This document shows, in pieces, positions 1-11,173 of a stretch of DNA of 64,000 nt. A model generated the notes under the pieces. The model did no database searches. It was not told where the DNA came from and saw only the letters and a program-made list of their open reading frames with translations. Position 1 is the stretch's first letter; each line of letters opens with the position of its first letter. Source of the DNA: Octopus sinensis (taxonomy: Eukaryota); assembly GCF_006345805.1 (NCBI RefSeq), contig NC_043001.1, positions 88,288,001 through 88,352,000 of the forward strand. The letters run 5' to 3'. The position numbers and the translations under genes were made by a program.

Positions 1-236
1 TGCACATATCGTCAGCCACTAAGGAATATGCTCAACTGGTTAAGGTCAAACAACTGACAAGCAGATCTGTGGTATTGAGCAGAATATTTACTGTAGCCCA
101 TCTTTTGCACCACAGAGGTTGACTTTGCCTTTCATCCTTTTGGGGTTGATAAATTAAGTACCAGTAACACTGGGGTGCATGTAATCAACTAGTCCCCTTC
201 CTCCAGATTTCAGGCCTTTTGTCTAGAGTAGAAAGG

Positions 237-290
<54 letters not shown>

Positions 291-292
<2 letters not shown>

Positions 293-508
293 GGCAGTGA
301 GCTAGCAAAATTGTTAGCATGCCAAGCAAAATGCTTAGTGGCATTTCGTCTGCCATTACGTTCTGAGTTCAAATTCCACCAAGGTTGACATTGTCGTTCA
401 TCCTTTTGGTGTTGATAAATTAAGTACTAGTAAAACACTTGGGTTGATGTAATTGACTAGTCCCCTCCCACAAAATTTCAGGCACGGTGCTTTTAGTAGA
501 AAGGATTA

Positions 509-510
<2 letters not shown>
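291..510 (+). mobile_element. tRNA-derived SINE, family A (central domain resembling the Meta-type SINE domain)
   Basis: Head GGCAGTGAGCTAGCA...GTTCAAATTCC (B-box-like), then GTTGAC...TTCATCCTTTTGGTGTTGATAAATTAAGTAC and an (ATT)n tail. A partial copy lies at 113-240. The Meta-domain resemblance is from memory. Confidence 0.75.
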
Positions 511-581
<71 letters not shown>

Positions 582-766
582 CATTATTATCATGTTGTAT
601 TATTATTATTATATTATTATATTTTATTTTATTATTACATTAAGGAGCCAAAATGGTAGAATCTTCTTCTTCTTCTTCTTCTTCTTCTTCTTCTTCTTCT
701 TCTTCTCTTCGTCTTCGTCGTCGTTGTCATCATCATCATCATCATCGTTATCATCATCATCACCAC

Positions 767-826
<60 letters not shown>
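507..826. repeat. Compound microsatellite (ATT)n-(TCT)n-(CAT)n
   Basis: Seen directly. Explains the poly-Y/I/S/H/M ORFs in the track. Confidence 0.97.
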
Positions 827-1129
827 TTAATTTGGGTGGTTTGACAGGCTCTGGGGAGCCACAGGGTTGTGCTAAGTTCTTGTGTCAACTTTGGCATGCT
901 CTTCCTAATGCCAATCACTTTTCAGTGTGCATTGGGTGCTTTTTTTCATTTTTCATGCCACTGGCACTAGTGAGGATGCCAAGTAACTTGGCGAAACAGA
1001 AAAAAGAACAGGGAAAAGGAAAACGAAAAAGTTCCATCTTCTAAGTGTATGTGTAGGGTGGGGATTTGAAAGAGAGGGTGGTTTCATGCCAGGTATTGAA
1101 AGGCTAATGCGTGATAGGACAAATACACA

Positions 1130-1367
1130 TGTCTTATTTCTTTATTGCCGACAAGGGCCTAAACATAGAGGGGACGAACAAGGACAGACAAATGGATTAA
1201 GTCGATTACATTGACCCCAGTGCGTAACTGGTACTTAATTTAACAAACCCAAAAGGATGAAAAGCAAAGTCGACCTCGGCGGAATTTGAACTCAGAATGT
1301 AACAACAGACGAAATACCGCTAAGCATTTTGCCCGGCATGCTAACGTTTCTGCCAGCTCACTGCCTT
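1130..1367 (-). mobile_element. SINE family A copy
   Basis: Reverse complement of the family A head and body (GCCAGCTCACTGCC...GAATTTGAACTCAGAA...GTCGACCTCGGCGG). Confidence 0.8.
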
Positions 1368-1469
1368 ATACAGAGGAGATATATGGTTACCCTACATTAT
1401 ATAGGGAAGGATAGGGTAGCTGAGAAGGGGATAAAAAGAAGTAATGATGAAGTACCAGATATTAGGAAG

Positions 1470-1720
1470 TGGAGGCGCATGGCTCAGTGGTTAGGGTGTT
1501 GGATTCATGATTGTAAGATTGCAGTTTTGATTCCTGGGCCAGGCAATGCATTGTGTTCTTGAGCAAAACACTTCATTTCACTTTTCTCCAATCCACTCAG
1601 CTGGCAAAAATGAGTAATTCTGCGACAGACCAGTGTTCCATTTAGGTGGGGAATATTTATACCATGGAAACCAGGAAACAGCCCTTATGAATTGGCTTGA
1701 TTTGAGAAAGAAACTTTACT
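1470..1720 (+). mobile_element. tRNA-derived SINE, family B
   Basis: GGAGGCGCATGGCTCAGTGG (A box) ...TTTGATTCC (B box), then GTGTTCTTGAGCAAAACACTTCATTTCAC. Related copies lie at about 10870-11155(-), 43520-43750(+), 53640-53790(-) and 59330-59500(-). Confidence 0.75.
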
Positions 1721-3257
1721 TTAGATACTAGGAACAGACCTTTTTTGTAATACATTGTTAATTCTTACATGACATAATAGCAAAATGGGTGCCGTCAGTT
1801 GACTCTATCCTTCTTTATTATAGTTGCATCAGTGTCTTGATAAACCATTGTTATGATATAACTAACATTGGCAATATCAGGATGAAAGCAGGATTTGAAT
1901 CAAAACTTAAAGGAATGTAACTAAATACTTCCAAATATTTCATTTGATGTCTTGCCATCTATTATAGTATTGATTTATGAAAATGGCACAAGGCCACAAA
2001 TTTTGGAGTATGTTAAAAAAAAAAATGAATTAATGATTTATATGTAAATATTTTTCTTGCTCCTTATTATTGTTCTCTCTGACACATTTAACTGTTTCAA
2101 ATTTTGGTACAAGGCCAGCAACTGGAGAAGGGTAGTCAATTATATCGACCCCAGGGTTCAACTAGGCTAGCAATTGGAGAAGAGTAGTCAATTACATCGA
2201 CCCCAGTGTTCAACTAGTACTTATCCACCCCAAAAGAATGAAAGGCAAAGTTGACCTCAGTGAAATTTGAACTCAGAACATAAAGAAATACCACTTAGCA
2301 TTTTGTCTGATACAATAACGATTCTGCCAGCTTGCTACTTTCCCTGACACATACTAAACATGTTTTTTTTAAATTTTTATGTATCTACACAAAACTGAAT
2401 ATATAGATTTCAGCTTCCTAGGAGAATTAAAATAATGATTTTTAACATAGGAACAAAACCACAGATTAGGGAGAAATAGTCAATTATATTGACACCTATA
2501 GTTAACTAACATTTATTTTATTCAATGACATACATATTTATTCTTAATATGTTCCAGCTGATTCAAATGTGAACATGTTAATTGCTGTTCTATTTCATCT
2601 TCAGAGAATAATATCTCTTTTCAGATAATTTGTCCACAAAAAAAAAAAAAAAGCAACTCACACTCAATGTATCGAGGTAAGAGGACTTTGAGGTATCACA
2701 GTGCTTTGACCTGATTGTGCCTCTTTAATTGAAATTATCCTAGATCAATGAATCTAGACAAGAATTGTGGTTCTTGCTTATAGAATTCAACAAACAAATT
2801 ATTTACTGATGCATGCTGATGTCTGCCAAACTGATAATAATTCATCATGTGCACAAAGCAGGACATATTAAGTTACTATATTCATTTCAAACAATGATCA
2901 AAGAATGAATTAAATTACACTGTGCAACACAATTTTTGTCCTTGAGTAACAACTGTTATTTCCTATTTGCTTACCCCAAGAAAGTATGAAACATGGCAAA
3001 CACTTCTTTCAAACTTTTATTCAAACATTTATTCAAAACCCAAAGAATTCCTCTCAACATGGCTAAAATGCTCCCCATTACTCCTGCTCATGATCAGAGA
3101 TGCACATACTGTCAGCCACTAAAAGATATGCTCAAGTGGTTAAGATCAAGCAACTGTCAAGCAAATCTGAGCAAAATATTTGCTATTATGATATTTCTGC
3201 TCCAGCAACTCAGCATTGAATTTGTTTGAAATGTAATTGAAAAAATAGGTCAGTTTC

Positions 3258-3544
3258 TGTGGGGATGAGCTGGAAGAAAAGGGTCATGATGTCAATGGTC
3301 AAGGGACTGACTTGAAGAGGAAGCACGAGAAGGGAAGTGTGGGGAGGACAGGACAGGGTCATCCCCTTTTGGCCGGCTGAGGTATTGCAAAAAGATGTCA
3401 GAGAAATCACTCTTAGGTTGGTGAGATAGGAGCTGCTTATACTGGGTGACGGGGTAGGGCAGGATCGCTGGAGTGACTACAACTAGACAGGTGCAGATAA
3501 TAGAGGAAGGTAGGTGAACCTCTTTTCATTTCCCATGCACAACA
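3258..3544 (+). repeat. 5' LTR (287 bp)
   Basis: TGTGGGGATGAGCTGGAAG...TTTCCCATGCACAACA; aligns by eye with 7086-7359. Confidence 0.92.
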
Positions 3545-3556
3545 AGCTATTTCAGC
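3545..3556 (+). other. Putative non-canonical primer-binding site AGCTATTTCAGC
   Basis: Abuts the 5' LTR. Complementary at 11/12 positions to the 5' end of metazoan tRNA-Phe (GCCGAAATAGCT, recalled sequence). Confidence 0.5.
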
Positions 3557-3589
3557 CATTGTATACAGATATCTTTGTCCTTTTGATAT

Positions 3590-4312
3590 ATGGTGGCAGC
3601 GAAGATAAGGATTGGCGGTGATGTCATCAGATCTTTCTATGGTGAAGGTGACATAGTAGCCTGGATTCGAAAGGTCAAAGTTATGGCCAAGCTACAAGGC
3701 ATCGAATATATAGCGAGCCTCATGGCCCTGTATTTGGAGAGGAGTGCACTGGCACTGTACCTCAAAATGGATGAAGAACAACTAAGCACAACGAAGATCA
3801 AGCAGTGCTTGAGAGAGCCTTACATAGATGGAGAGTACACCACTTTTGCTAAATTGGGAACAATCAGATAGAGAGGGGAACAGGTTGACGAATACACTGT
3901 GGAGGTACGGAGGTTGGTTGTATTCTCTGGTCTTACTGGTGAGGGACTTGAAAAAGTAGCATGACTGGCTTTTGTGAATGGCTTTCCCGATGACGTGTCA
4001 GCGTGGCTACAACAGTTAGCAGGTGGCAACAAAATGGCAATGAATGAGCTCATTGTTCAAGCCTGTGTGTTGACACAAAATACCAGGCAGAAGGCAGTGA
4101 TGATGGCGGCTGCAAAAGCCTGTGAATCTGTGCAACAGGCGGTGGAGGATGAAAAGAGGCCTGCCATGGAATGACAGCAGCCATTCACAGGCTGGTATTT
4201 TAAGTGCCAAGGACCATGCATGGCAAGGGACTGCACCGAGCCTGGACCGGTCTGCCACCAGCGCAAACAGACTGGGCATATCACCAACAAGTGTTGCCAA
4301 GGAAAAGGCCAT
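3590..4312 (+). pseudogene. gag: gag relic with two decayed CCHC zinc knuckles
   Basis: ORF 3590-3871 (FYGEGDIVAWIRKVKVMAKLQG...LALYL), continued by 3974-4174. Knuckle-like FKCQGPCMARDC and CHQRKQTGHITNKC near 4195-4300. Confidence 0.8.
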
Positions 4313-4319
4313 GAGTTAG

Positions 4320-7035
4320 TTGTTGCCTTTTAAACTTCCCCCATTGGTGAAGTCACTGCCCATAATTGAGGTCCTGGTCGGAGGAAACATGTTCAAGGCC
4401 TTCATGGACATGAGCTGCATGACGACTCTCATGACCCCAAGGATGACAAAGAAATGGAAGGGGACGAGTCACTTCTGGGCAGTCGACTGCAGTGAAATCG
4501 AATGCAAGGGTAGCAGTGATGTCAATATAGCAGTGCGAGGTACAACGCTAAGGTTTCGGGCAATGATGATCGACCACATGGTAGACAGGATCGATGTTGT
4601 AATGGAGATGGACACAATCAATCGCCTTAGAGGTGTCAGTGTTGGAGGAGATGTGGTTTTGTTTGGTGCTGTGGAGGCATCATGTACTGTGAGTCAGGAA
4701 TGTGAGTGGGAGCAGAGTCCTGCGAGGAGCTGCACTGCCTATGCCATTGAAGACAAGGATTTTCAGGTGGTGCTCAATGGTCCGCGATGGATAATAGAGT
4801 GGTGCTGGAAAACAGGACCCCTGATGCTTAAGAACAAGGTGAGCTGCTACCAGCATACCCTGAAAGGGCATACCAGGAGCGAGTTTGAAGAAGAGGTGGA
4901 GAAGTGGATTAAGGAAGGTGTCCTTATCCTGTGGAAGGAGGAAGTAGTAAGCAGAGTGCTACCTTTAATGGCAGCAGTGCAACCAACAAAGGGCAAAGTT
5001 TGACTGGTACTGGACTTTCGAGAGATGAACGGCCATGTATTGAACCACACTGGTGGCGAGGTGACCAACATCTGCGATTAGACACTGCCTGTATGGAAGC
5101 ACTCGACTAAGGTGGTGACAATCATTGACTTGAAGTCAGCATATTTGCAGCTCCATGTGAATGACAGACTGTGACAGTACCAACTGCCACAATGCAAGGG
5201 TCAGATATATTGTCTGACAAGGCTGGGTTTGGGGCTGAATTCTGCACTGAAGATCATGGTGACAGTGATCAAATCCATCCTGGGAAAGGTGGATTGGATA
5301 AGAAGTACCTCCAGTTCCTACATAAATGACATCCTAGAGGACGCGACAGTGGTGTCTGCCACAGAAGTTGTGAGACATTTGAAGAAATTCAGGCTGATTA
5401 AAAAACCACAGGAACCAATTGCTGGAGGAGCTGCACTGGGCTTAAGCTTCAGAGAAACAGAACAGGTGAGTCAGTGTTTCATAGGGGGAATGAGGTCCTG
5501 GATCTGGGTACCAATGTCAACAGGTAAGAACTGTTCTCAATGTGTGGAAAGTTAGTAGGTCACTACCCAATCACAGGGTGGTTGCATACGGCATACACCA
5601 AGAGATGAATAGAAGGGGAGAACTGGAGAGACATGGCTGGAGAAGGGATGGTGGTGATGATGCAGGAAATCCTGGAGAGGATGAGAGCAGAAGACCCAGT
5701 CAGAGGGAACTGGCATCTACCCAAATCAGATAGTGGCACTATATGGTGTGATGCTAGCAGCATTGCGATAGGAATCATGTTGGAAATCGGAGGTACCGAA
5801 GTGGGGGATGCCACCTGGCTTCAAAAAGCAGATAACTACAACATCAAATTTTACTGAGTTGGACACAGTGCAGAAGGGAGTGAATTTGACCCTGAAATGA
5901 TTGGCTGGGTAGGATTGGTGATCACTGATGAGAAAAGGGTGTGAACCAAAGGGGCTGTGGAAATGCTAGTGAAGCACCGCCTAGAGATTATAGGGGAGCT
6001 GATTGGTGGGTTCAGCCTGAAGCTGAATGTGGTCGTTGTGCCTTCAGAGAGAAACAAGGCGAATGCTCTAACAGTGTAAAAATGGCCTGGTTAGGGGAGC
6101 CGGAAGAGTCAAAGCTAGGGGTAGTCATGGTGTGTCAGTTAAATGACTCCGAGCTAAGGAGACTGCATACCATGCATCATGGGTGTGGATAGACCCTGTA
6201 TCTCGCCAGGAGGATTGATACCAATGTTACTAGATGGAGCATCCAGAAGGTGATTGGGAACTGCAACAGGTGTCAATCCATCGACCCTGCACTGGGTGTG
6301 CATGAGCAGGGAAACGTTTCAGTAGAGCACAACTGGAGACGATTAGTGGTGGATGTAACACACTACCAGCAGGGGACGTATCTTTCAATGGTCAATTGTG
6401 GGCCAGGCCAGATGGTCATTTGGAGGGAATTGAAGATAGGCACTGCAGACGAGATGGTACGTATTCTAAATGAGATATTCTTTGAGTGGGGTCCAGTGGA
6501 TGAATTGCTGATGGACAACAGCACAGCATTTCTTTCTGAGGATCTGAAGATGCTTAACAGGTGGAAAGTGCACTGCTTTTTCAGAGTGGCATACAGGCCG
6601 AGAGGAAATGGGATTGTGGAGAGACATCATCAAACAATCAAGGCCATGGTGGAGAGGGAACATGTCTCACTGCCAGAAGTGGTGTTCTGGTACATGTCGC
6701 TCTGATCAAGACTGGCTGAAGAGTCCATGCTACATAGAGCGATATTCAAATATGAATGGTGGCATCCGAGTAAACCATCGAGATGACCTGCAAAAGAAAG
6801 AGGGCCCGACTTCATGAAGGTGGGAGATGAAGTCTGGGTCAAGCAAATCAATGGAACAGAGGAATAGTAATGGCTGTCAATTCCAAAAGCATTTCTGTAT
6901 ATGGAATGCTGCGTCATCTCTTGGATGTTTGTAGGATTGTTGCTTCATCAGATGATAACTGTGGATAAGAGAAAGAGATTGAGGTTCCCAGTTTAAGAAG
7001 ATCACAATGTGCAAGGCCTCCACCAAGGTGGGTGG
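4320..7035 (+). pseudogene. pol: pol relic: aspartic protease, RT, RNase H, integrase
   Basis: PR LPIIEVLVGG..KAFMDMSC; RT LVLDFREMN, IDLKSAYLQ, YCLTRLGLGLNSA, YINDI (decayed YxDD); RH WCDASSIAIG; IN HH...CNRC, VDVTHY, LLMDNSTAF, GNGIVERHH. Confidence 0.92.
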
Positions 7036-7085
7036 TAGATTTTGACATGGAGTGAAGCGAGGTTATCTTTGAGATCAGTGGGGCG

Positions 7086-7359
7086 TGTGGTGATGAGCTG
7101 GAAGAAGAGAGCCAAGGGACTGACCGGAAGAGGAAGCGTGAGAAGAGAAGTGCGAGGCGGGGGGCAGGACATGGTTGTCCTCTTTTGGTCAGCTGAAGAT
7201 TGCGAATAGATGTCAGGGAATTTGCTTTTGGGTTGGTGAGATAGCAGCTGCTTATACTGGATGATGGGGCAGGGTAGGATCGCTGAAGTGACTACTACTA
7301 GATGGGTGCAGACAAGAGAGGAAGGTAGGTGAACCTCTTTTCATTTCCCACACACAACA
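7086..7359 (+). repeat. 3' LTR (274 bp) preceded by a PPT-like AGTGGGGCG
   Basis: TGTGGTGATGAGCTGGAAG...TTTCCCACACACAACA, followed by the TSD. Confidence 0.92.
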
Positions 7360-7656
7360 GTTTCAAAACATTGATGTTCGGGTCACAAATGCAAAGTTTG
7401 AAAGGAATAGTAGTTATTTTTTAGATTTCTAGAGAGAAGCAAATAAGAAATAATGCTTACTGACCAAAAGCAATTAAAAGAAGATTTTGTTACCTAGTGT
7501 TATGAACTATATGTGAAATTTGTACTTTTCTGCTTCTTAGTCTCAATACACTAAGTTAAATTAAGAATTGATAATATTGTACGATTGAAAGAAATGGGTT
7601 TGATGGTAGAATTAGTAGCATGTTGAAAGTCAAGTGTTTTGTAGTACTTTGTAATG

Positions 7657-7694
<38 letters not shown>

Positions 7695-7697
<3 letters not shown>

Positions 7698-8254
7698 GTT
7701 GTCCGGAAAGTTTGTGTCAATTTATAGTAGCTTACCTTTTGATTTACTTTAGAATATAGTTGAGTCCATAAAATATGATTTGACTACATCTCCATTTAGA
7801 GCACAGTTTTAGCTATCTTTTCGTGGAAGAAGGTTTATGTTCCTATAACCTGTGTTAATTCTGTAACCCCTTAAAATGGAAGATAAGAAAGTTCATTTTC
7901 AGCACTTGATGCTTTGGGAACCAGCCAAAAATTGCTGAAACTCAGCTGGGATGTGGTACCTCCATATTCACCAGATATTGCTCCTTCAGATTTCCACTTA
8001 TTCAGGTTTCTGCAGAATAGTCTTAATGGTAAAAATTTCAATTCCTTGGATGACGTAAATAGATACCTTGATGAATTCTTTTCCATGAAACCACCTCAAT
8101 TCTGGGAAGAGGGTATTTTCAAGTTAAAGGCAAGATGGAGACGTGTTGTGCAACAAAATGGTTCATATTTAGTTGATTAGAAATGTAATGGCAATTATTT
8201 AATGACCTTTTTCTTTCCTTTAAAAATCAGCATGAACTTTCCGGACAACCCAAT
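7695..8254 (+). mobile_element. Internally deleted mariner element
   Basis: TIRs GGGTTGTCCGGAAAGTT / AACTTTCCGGACAACCC in a TA context. N-terminus MEDKKVHFQHLMLWE (ATG 7876) joined to a C-terminal fragment containing YSPDIAPSDFHLF (ORF 7914-8180). Confidence 0.9.
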
Positions 8255-8275
8255 ATATATATATATATATATACA

Positions 8276-8624
8276 CAAGAGTTACAGAATGGATTGGATA
8301 AGAACCATGCTATATATGTTGCATAACAAGTGGAACTTCAGAAGTGGTGAATATGCAAGTGAGGTGTATACTGCAGGCTACTCTTCAGGCTAACGATACC
8401 TTGATTAAATGAAAGTTTACATTGTCATAAGGAGATACATGAATCTTCCATGCATTAACATGTACCTTCTTGCCACAATGTAAACTTTCATTTAATCAAG
8501 ATATCCTTGGCCTGAAGAGTAGCCTGTGGTATAAACCTTGCTTGGATATTTACCACTTCTGAGGTTCCATTTGCTATGAAACGTTTGTAGCCCGGATCTT
8601 ATCTACTCCATTCCTTAACTCTTG
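8276..8624. mobile_element. Long imperfect fold-back element (~165-bp arms) carrying hammerhead motifs
   Basis: Left arm CAAGAGTTACAGAATGG...GAGATACATG is the reverse complement of right arm CATGTACCTTC...CCATTCCTTAACTCTTG. Confidence 0.85.
8503..8597 (+). ncRNA. Type I hammerhead ribozyme candidate (intact core)
   Basis: CTGAAGA 8512-8518; helix II GTAGC/GCTAT closing an inserted GTGGTA/TACCAC stem; GAAA 8578-8581; helix III AC-GTTT-GT; cleavage triplet GTA (A8589); helix I GGC/GCC plus ATCC/GGAT. Confidence 0.7.
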
Positions 8625-8939
8625 CATTCTTATTTGCACTCCCAGCAACCCAAGCTATCTACTGTGAAATATAAAAGGAACTTTTTTCAGTTTATCATAC
8701 TTCGATACGAAAATATCCACAACTTTCCATCTCAATAAACTGATATTGTCCCCAAAAGTTATTTTTTATATTTACTATGGATTTCTTAAAGCTAACTTTC
8801 TTCCTCTACCTCAATCCTTAGATCTAACATTTACATGTATATATATATATATATGTAGGTCCCGGGTTGAGTCGGGGTTAACCACAGTAAATAAGGTACT
8901 CAATACATAGCAGAGTAAATTAATTTATTTTATAGAAGG

Positions 8940-8990
8940 AGCTTCTACAGGACTAGAACTGTTTCATTCAAAAGAAATCATCAGGAAGCT
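8940..8990 (-). ncRNA. Type I hammerhead ribozyme candidate (intact core)
   Basis: Minus strand reads AGCTTC-CTGATGA-TTTCTTTTGAAT-GAA-ACAG-TTCTAGTC-CTGT-A-GAAGCT: 6-bp helix I, 4-bp helix III, GTA triplet, and a short helix II opening with a U-U mismatch. Confidence 0.72.
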
Positions 8991-9085
8991 TGGTGACAAG
9001 AATAGACAAGAATATAAATGCCAAAACTATTCTTGTCACCAAGCTTCCTGATGATTTTTTTTGAATGACACAAGTCCTGTAGAAG
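8940..9085. mobile_element. Fold-back element with 31-bp perfect inner arms
   Basis: 8975-9005 is the exact reverse complement of 9027-9057, with a 21-nt spacer. Outer arms pair imperfectly. Part of a module (8856-9085) embedded in (TA)n. Confidence 0.88.
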
Positions 9086-9131
<46 letters not shown>

Positions 9132-10304
9132 TGTTAGGAAGGGCATCCAGCTGTAGAAACACTGCCAGATCAGACAGAGCCTGGTGCGGCCTCCTGGCTT
9201 CCCAGACCCCAGTCAAACCGTCCAACCCATGCTACCATGGAAAGTGGACGTTAAACAATGATGATGATGATATACATATATATATATATATCTTCTACTC
9301 ACAGTACTTTGCCATGCAATCACCTACATCTTGCTATACCTCCTTCCTCTGTCCTCCTAAATTATGATGCTCAAGTAGGATTAAATCACATTCTTACCCA
9401 CCTCACTAATTTTTCTGACATTATGCTCTCTTGGACAAATCCCCTTGAGGATAAGCTTTGGTGTATTTTATCCCTTAGTGGGATTTGAACTCAGAATAAC
9501 TAAAAAAACACAAATAACTTTTTCTGCTTCTTTTACTAATTCTGCCACTCCACCACCCTGTGTTGCCTCGTGGTTAAGATTAATAACATGGTTAAATATG
9601 ATTAATGCGATGATATTCCTTAAATGCTTTTAGCTACTAACTTTACAGCACTTTTCTTCCTTTGATAATCTATATATTTTTGTATTTTATCTATTTCCTA
9701 GACCAAGCACTATTTACTGTCACCTACAGTGTTATATTGTGATATATCTGATGATTGGTTCATGACTGACTCACTTGCTGGTTTCCAATTATTTCACTTT
9801 ATTTGAACTATTGTCTTATCGCATCTGCATGCATTATCTTTCCTTGGGTAATCTGTTCTATTTGCTTATTTGGTGCTTGTCGCTGTGAGCTACATTAAAT
9901 ATTAATTCCTTTTGGAGACACAAGACTAATTTTTACAAAGATATAGTTGATTAAATCAACCACAGTATAAAGCTGGCATTCATTTTATTGACTCCCCATT
10001 CAAAGAAGGTGGAAGATAAAACTGATCCCAGAAGGGTAGGAGTAAATAATCTAGGATATTCACTATGACATTCTTCTAGTTTCTGAAAACATCTATTGGT
10101 CGAGTATAACAGGGAAGACATCAAATACACACTACCCTGCTTCATGTCATATAAAGAAGGGTTTTGTACTCAATGACAAAATTCATTTGATGAGCACTGA
10201 ATACTCATCTTTTTGACAAAACATGTTGAACTTAAAAAAATTATTTTTATCAGAAGAAAATGACTTATCATTTTTTCCAAATGTGTTAAATATTAAACAG
10301 GCTT

Positions 10305-10700
10305 AGGTGGTGAGCTGGCAGAAATATTAGCACGCCGAGCGAAATGCTTAGTGGTATTTCGTCTGCTGCTATGTTCTGAGTTCAAATTCCGCCAAGGTCG
10401 ACTTTGCCTTTCATCCTTTTGGGGGTCAATTAAATAAGTACCAGTTACGCACTGGGGTTGATATAATCAACTTAATCTGTTTGTCTGTTTGTCCTCTCTG
10501 TGTTTGGCCCCTTGTGGGTAGTAAAGAAATAGGTATTTCATCTATCTTTACTTTCTGAGTTCAAATTCCACCAAGGTTGACTTTGCCTTTCATCATTTCG
10601 GGGTCGATACATTAAGTACCAGTTGTGTACTGGTGTCGATCTAATCAACTGGCCCCTGCCCCAAAAGTCTTGGGCTTTGTGCCTAGAGTAGAAAAGAATA
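10305..10700 (+). mobile_element. SINE family A copy with a duplicated central domain
   Basis: GGTGGTGAGCTGGCAGAAA head. The TTCTGAGTTCAAATTCC...TTTGCCTTTCATC block occurs twice (~10375 and ~10555). Confidence 0.8.
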
Positions 10701-11173
10701 TTTTTTATAAGATTCCACTACTCAATGCAACAGTTAATGTACTTTGTTCACTGTGCCAGTGTGTTCAAATCCAGCCATTTGCACCCTTCTCTAAAATAAA
10801 AATAAAGATGTGCAATGTTTTAGGATTATTTGCTAAAGCTTTACAAACTTAATTGTACTAATGAAGAATAATATGATGTTCACTCCTGTCAAAGACAACA
10901 TATGAGTGTTCAGTTTTTGCCTAACGACCTGCACAAATGATTTTTTATAGTGATCAAATGTATGTGTTGCACACTAGCTCACTCCCTCCATCAAATCAAT
11001 ATTGCCTGAGCAGGTGCACAGTGTACCATGCATCAGGTGTCAAAGTGATTGCAGACCAATGTGAGATGAAGTGTTTTGTTCTAGAACACAATGCACTACT
11101 CAGTCTAGGAATTGAAATTATGATTTTGTAATCATGACTGCAATACCCTAACCACTAGAATATTATAGTGACA

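Larger units (their letters stand above)
3258..7359 (+). mobile_element. Full-length, degenerate Ty3/Gypsy LTR retrotransposon (4102 bp)
   Basis: Two homologous TG...CA LTRs and an identical 5-bp TSD GTTTC (3253-3257 and 7360-7364). Internal order is gag-PR-RT-RH-IN, broken by many stops and frameshifts. Confidence 0.95.

Noticed and set aside
453-1044. Homopolymeric and dipeptide-repeat ORFs (also the MYVC/YI/HT-repeat ORFs throughout, including 39465-40511)
   Set aside because: Translations of microsatellites; no domain content.
2625-2676. Possible small exon (AG...GTAAGA); similar weak candidates near 13580-13597 and 24955-25005
   Set aside because: Splice-like signals alone are common by chance; peptides unrecognised.
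3591-3601. TGGTGGCAGCG, matching a tRNA-Leu 3'-end PBS
   Set aside because: Lies 46 nt from the TSD-verified LTR end and overlaps the gag start. Kept only as an alternative to the proposed PBS.
6543-6575. CTGAAGA...GAAAGTGCACTG hammerhead-like string
   Set aside because: Inside integrase coding sequence; G at the cleavage position and no helix I.
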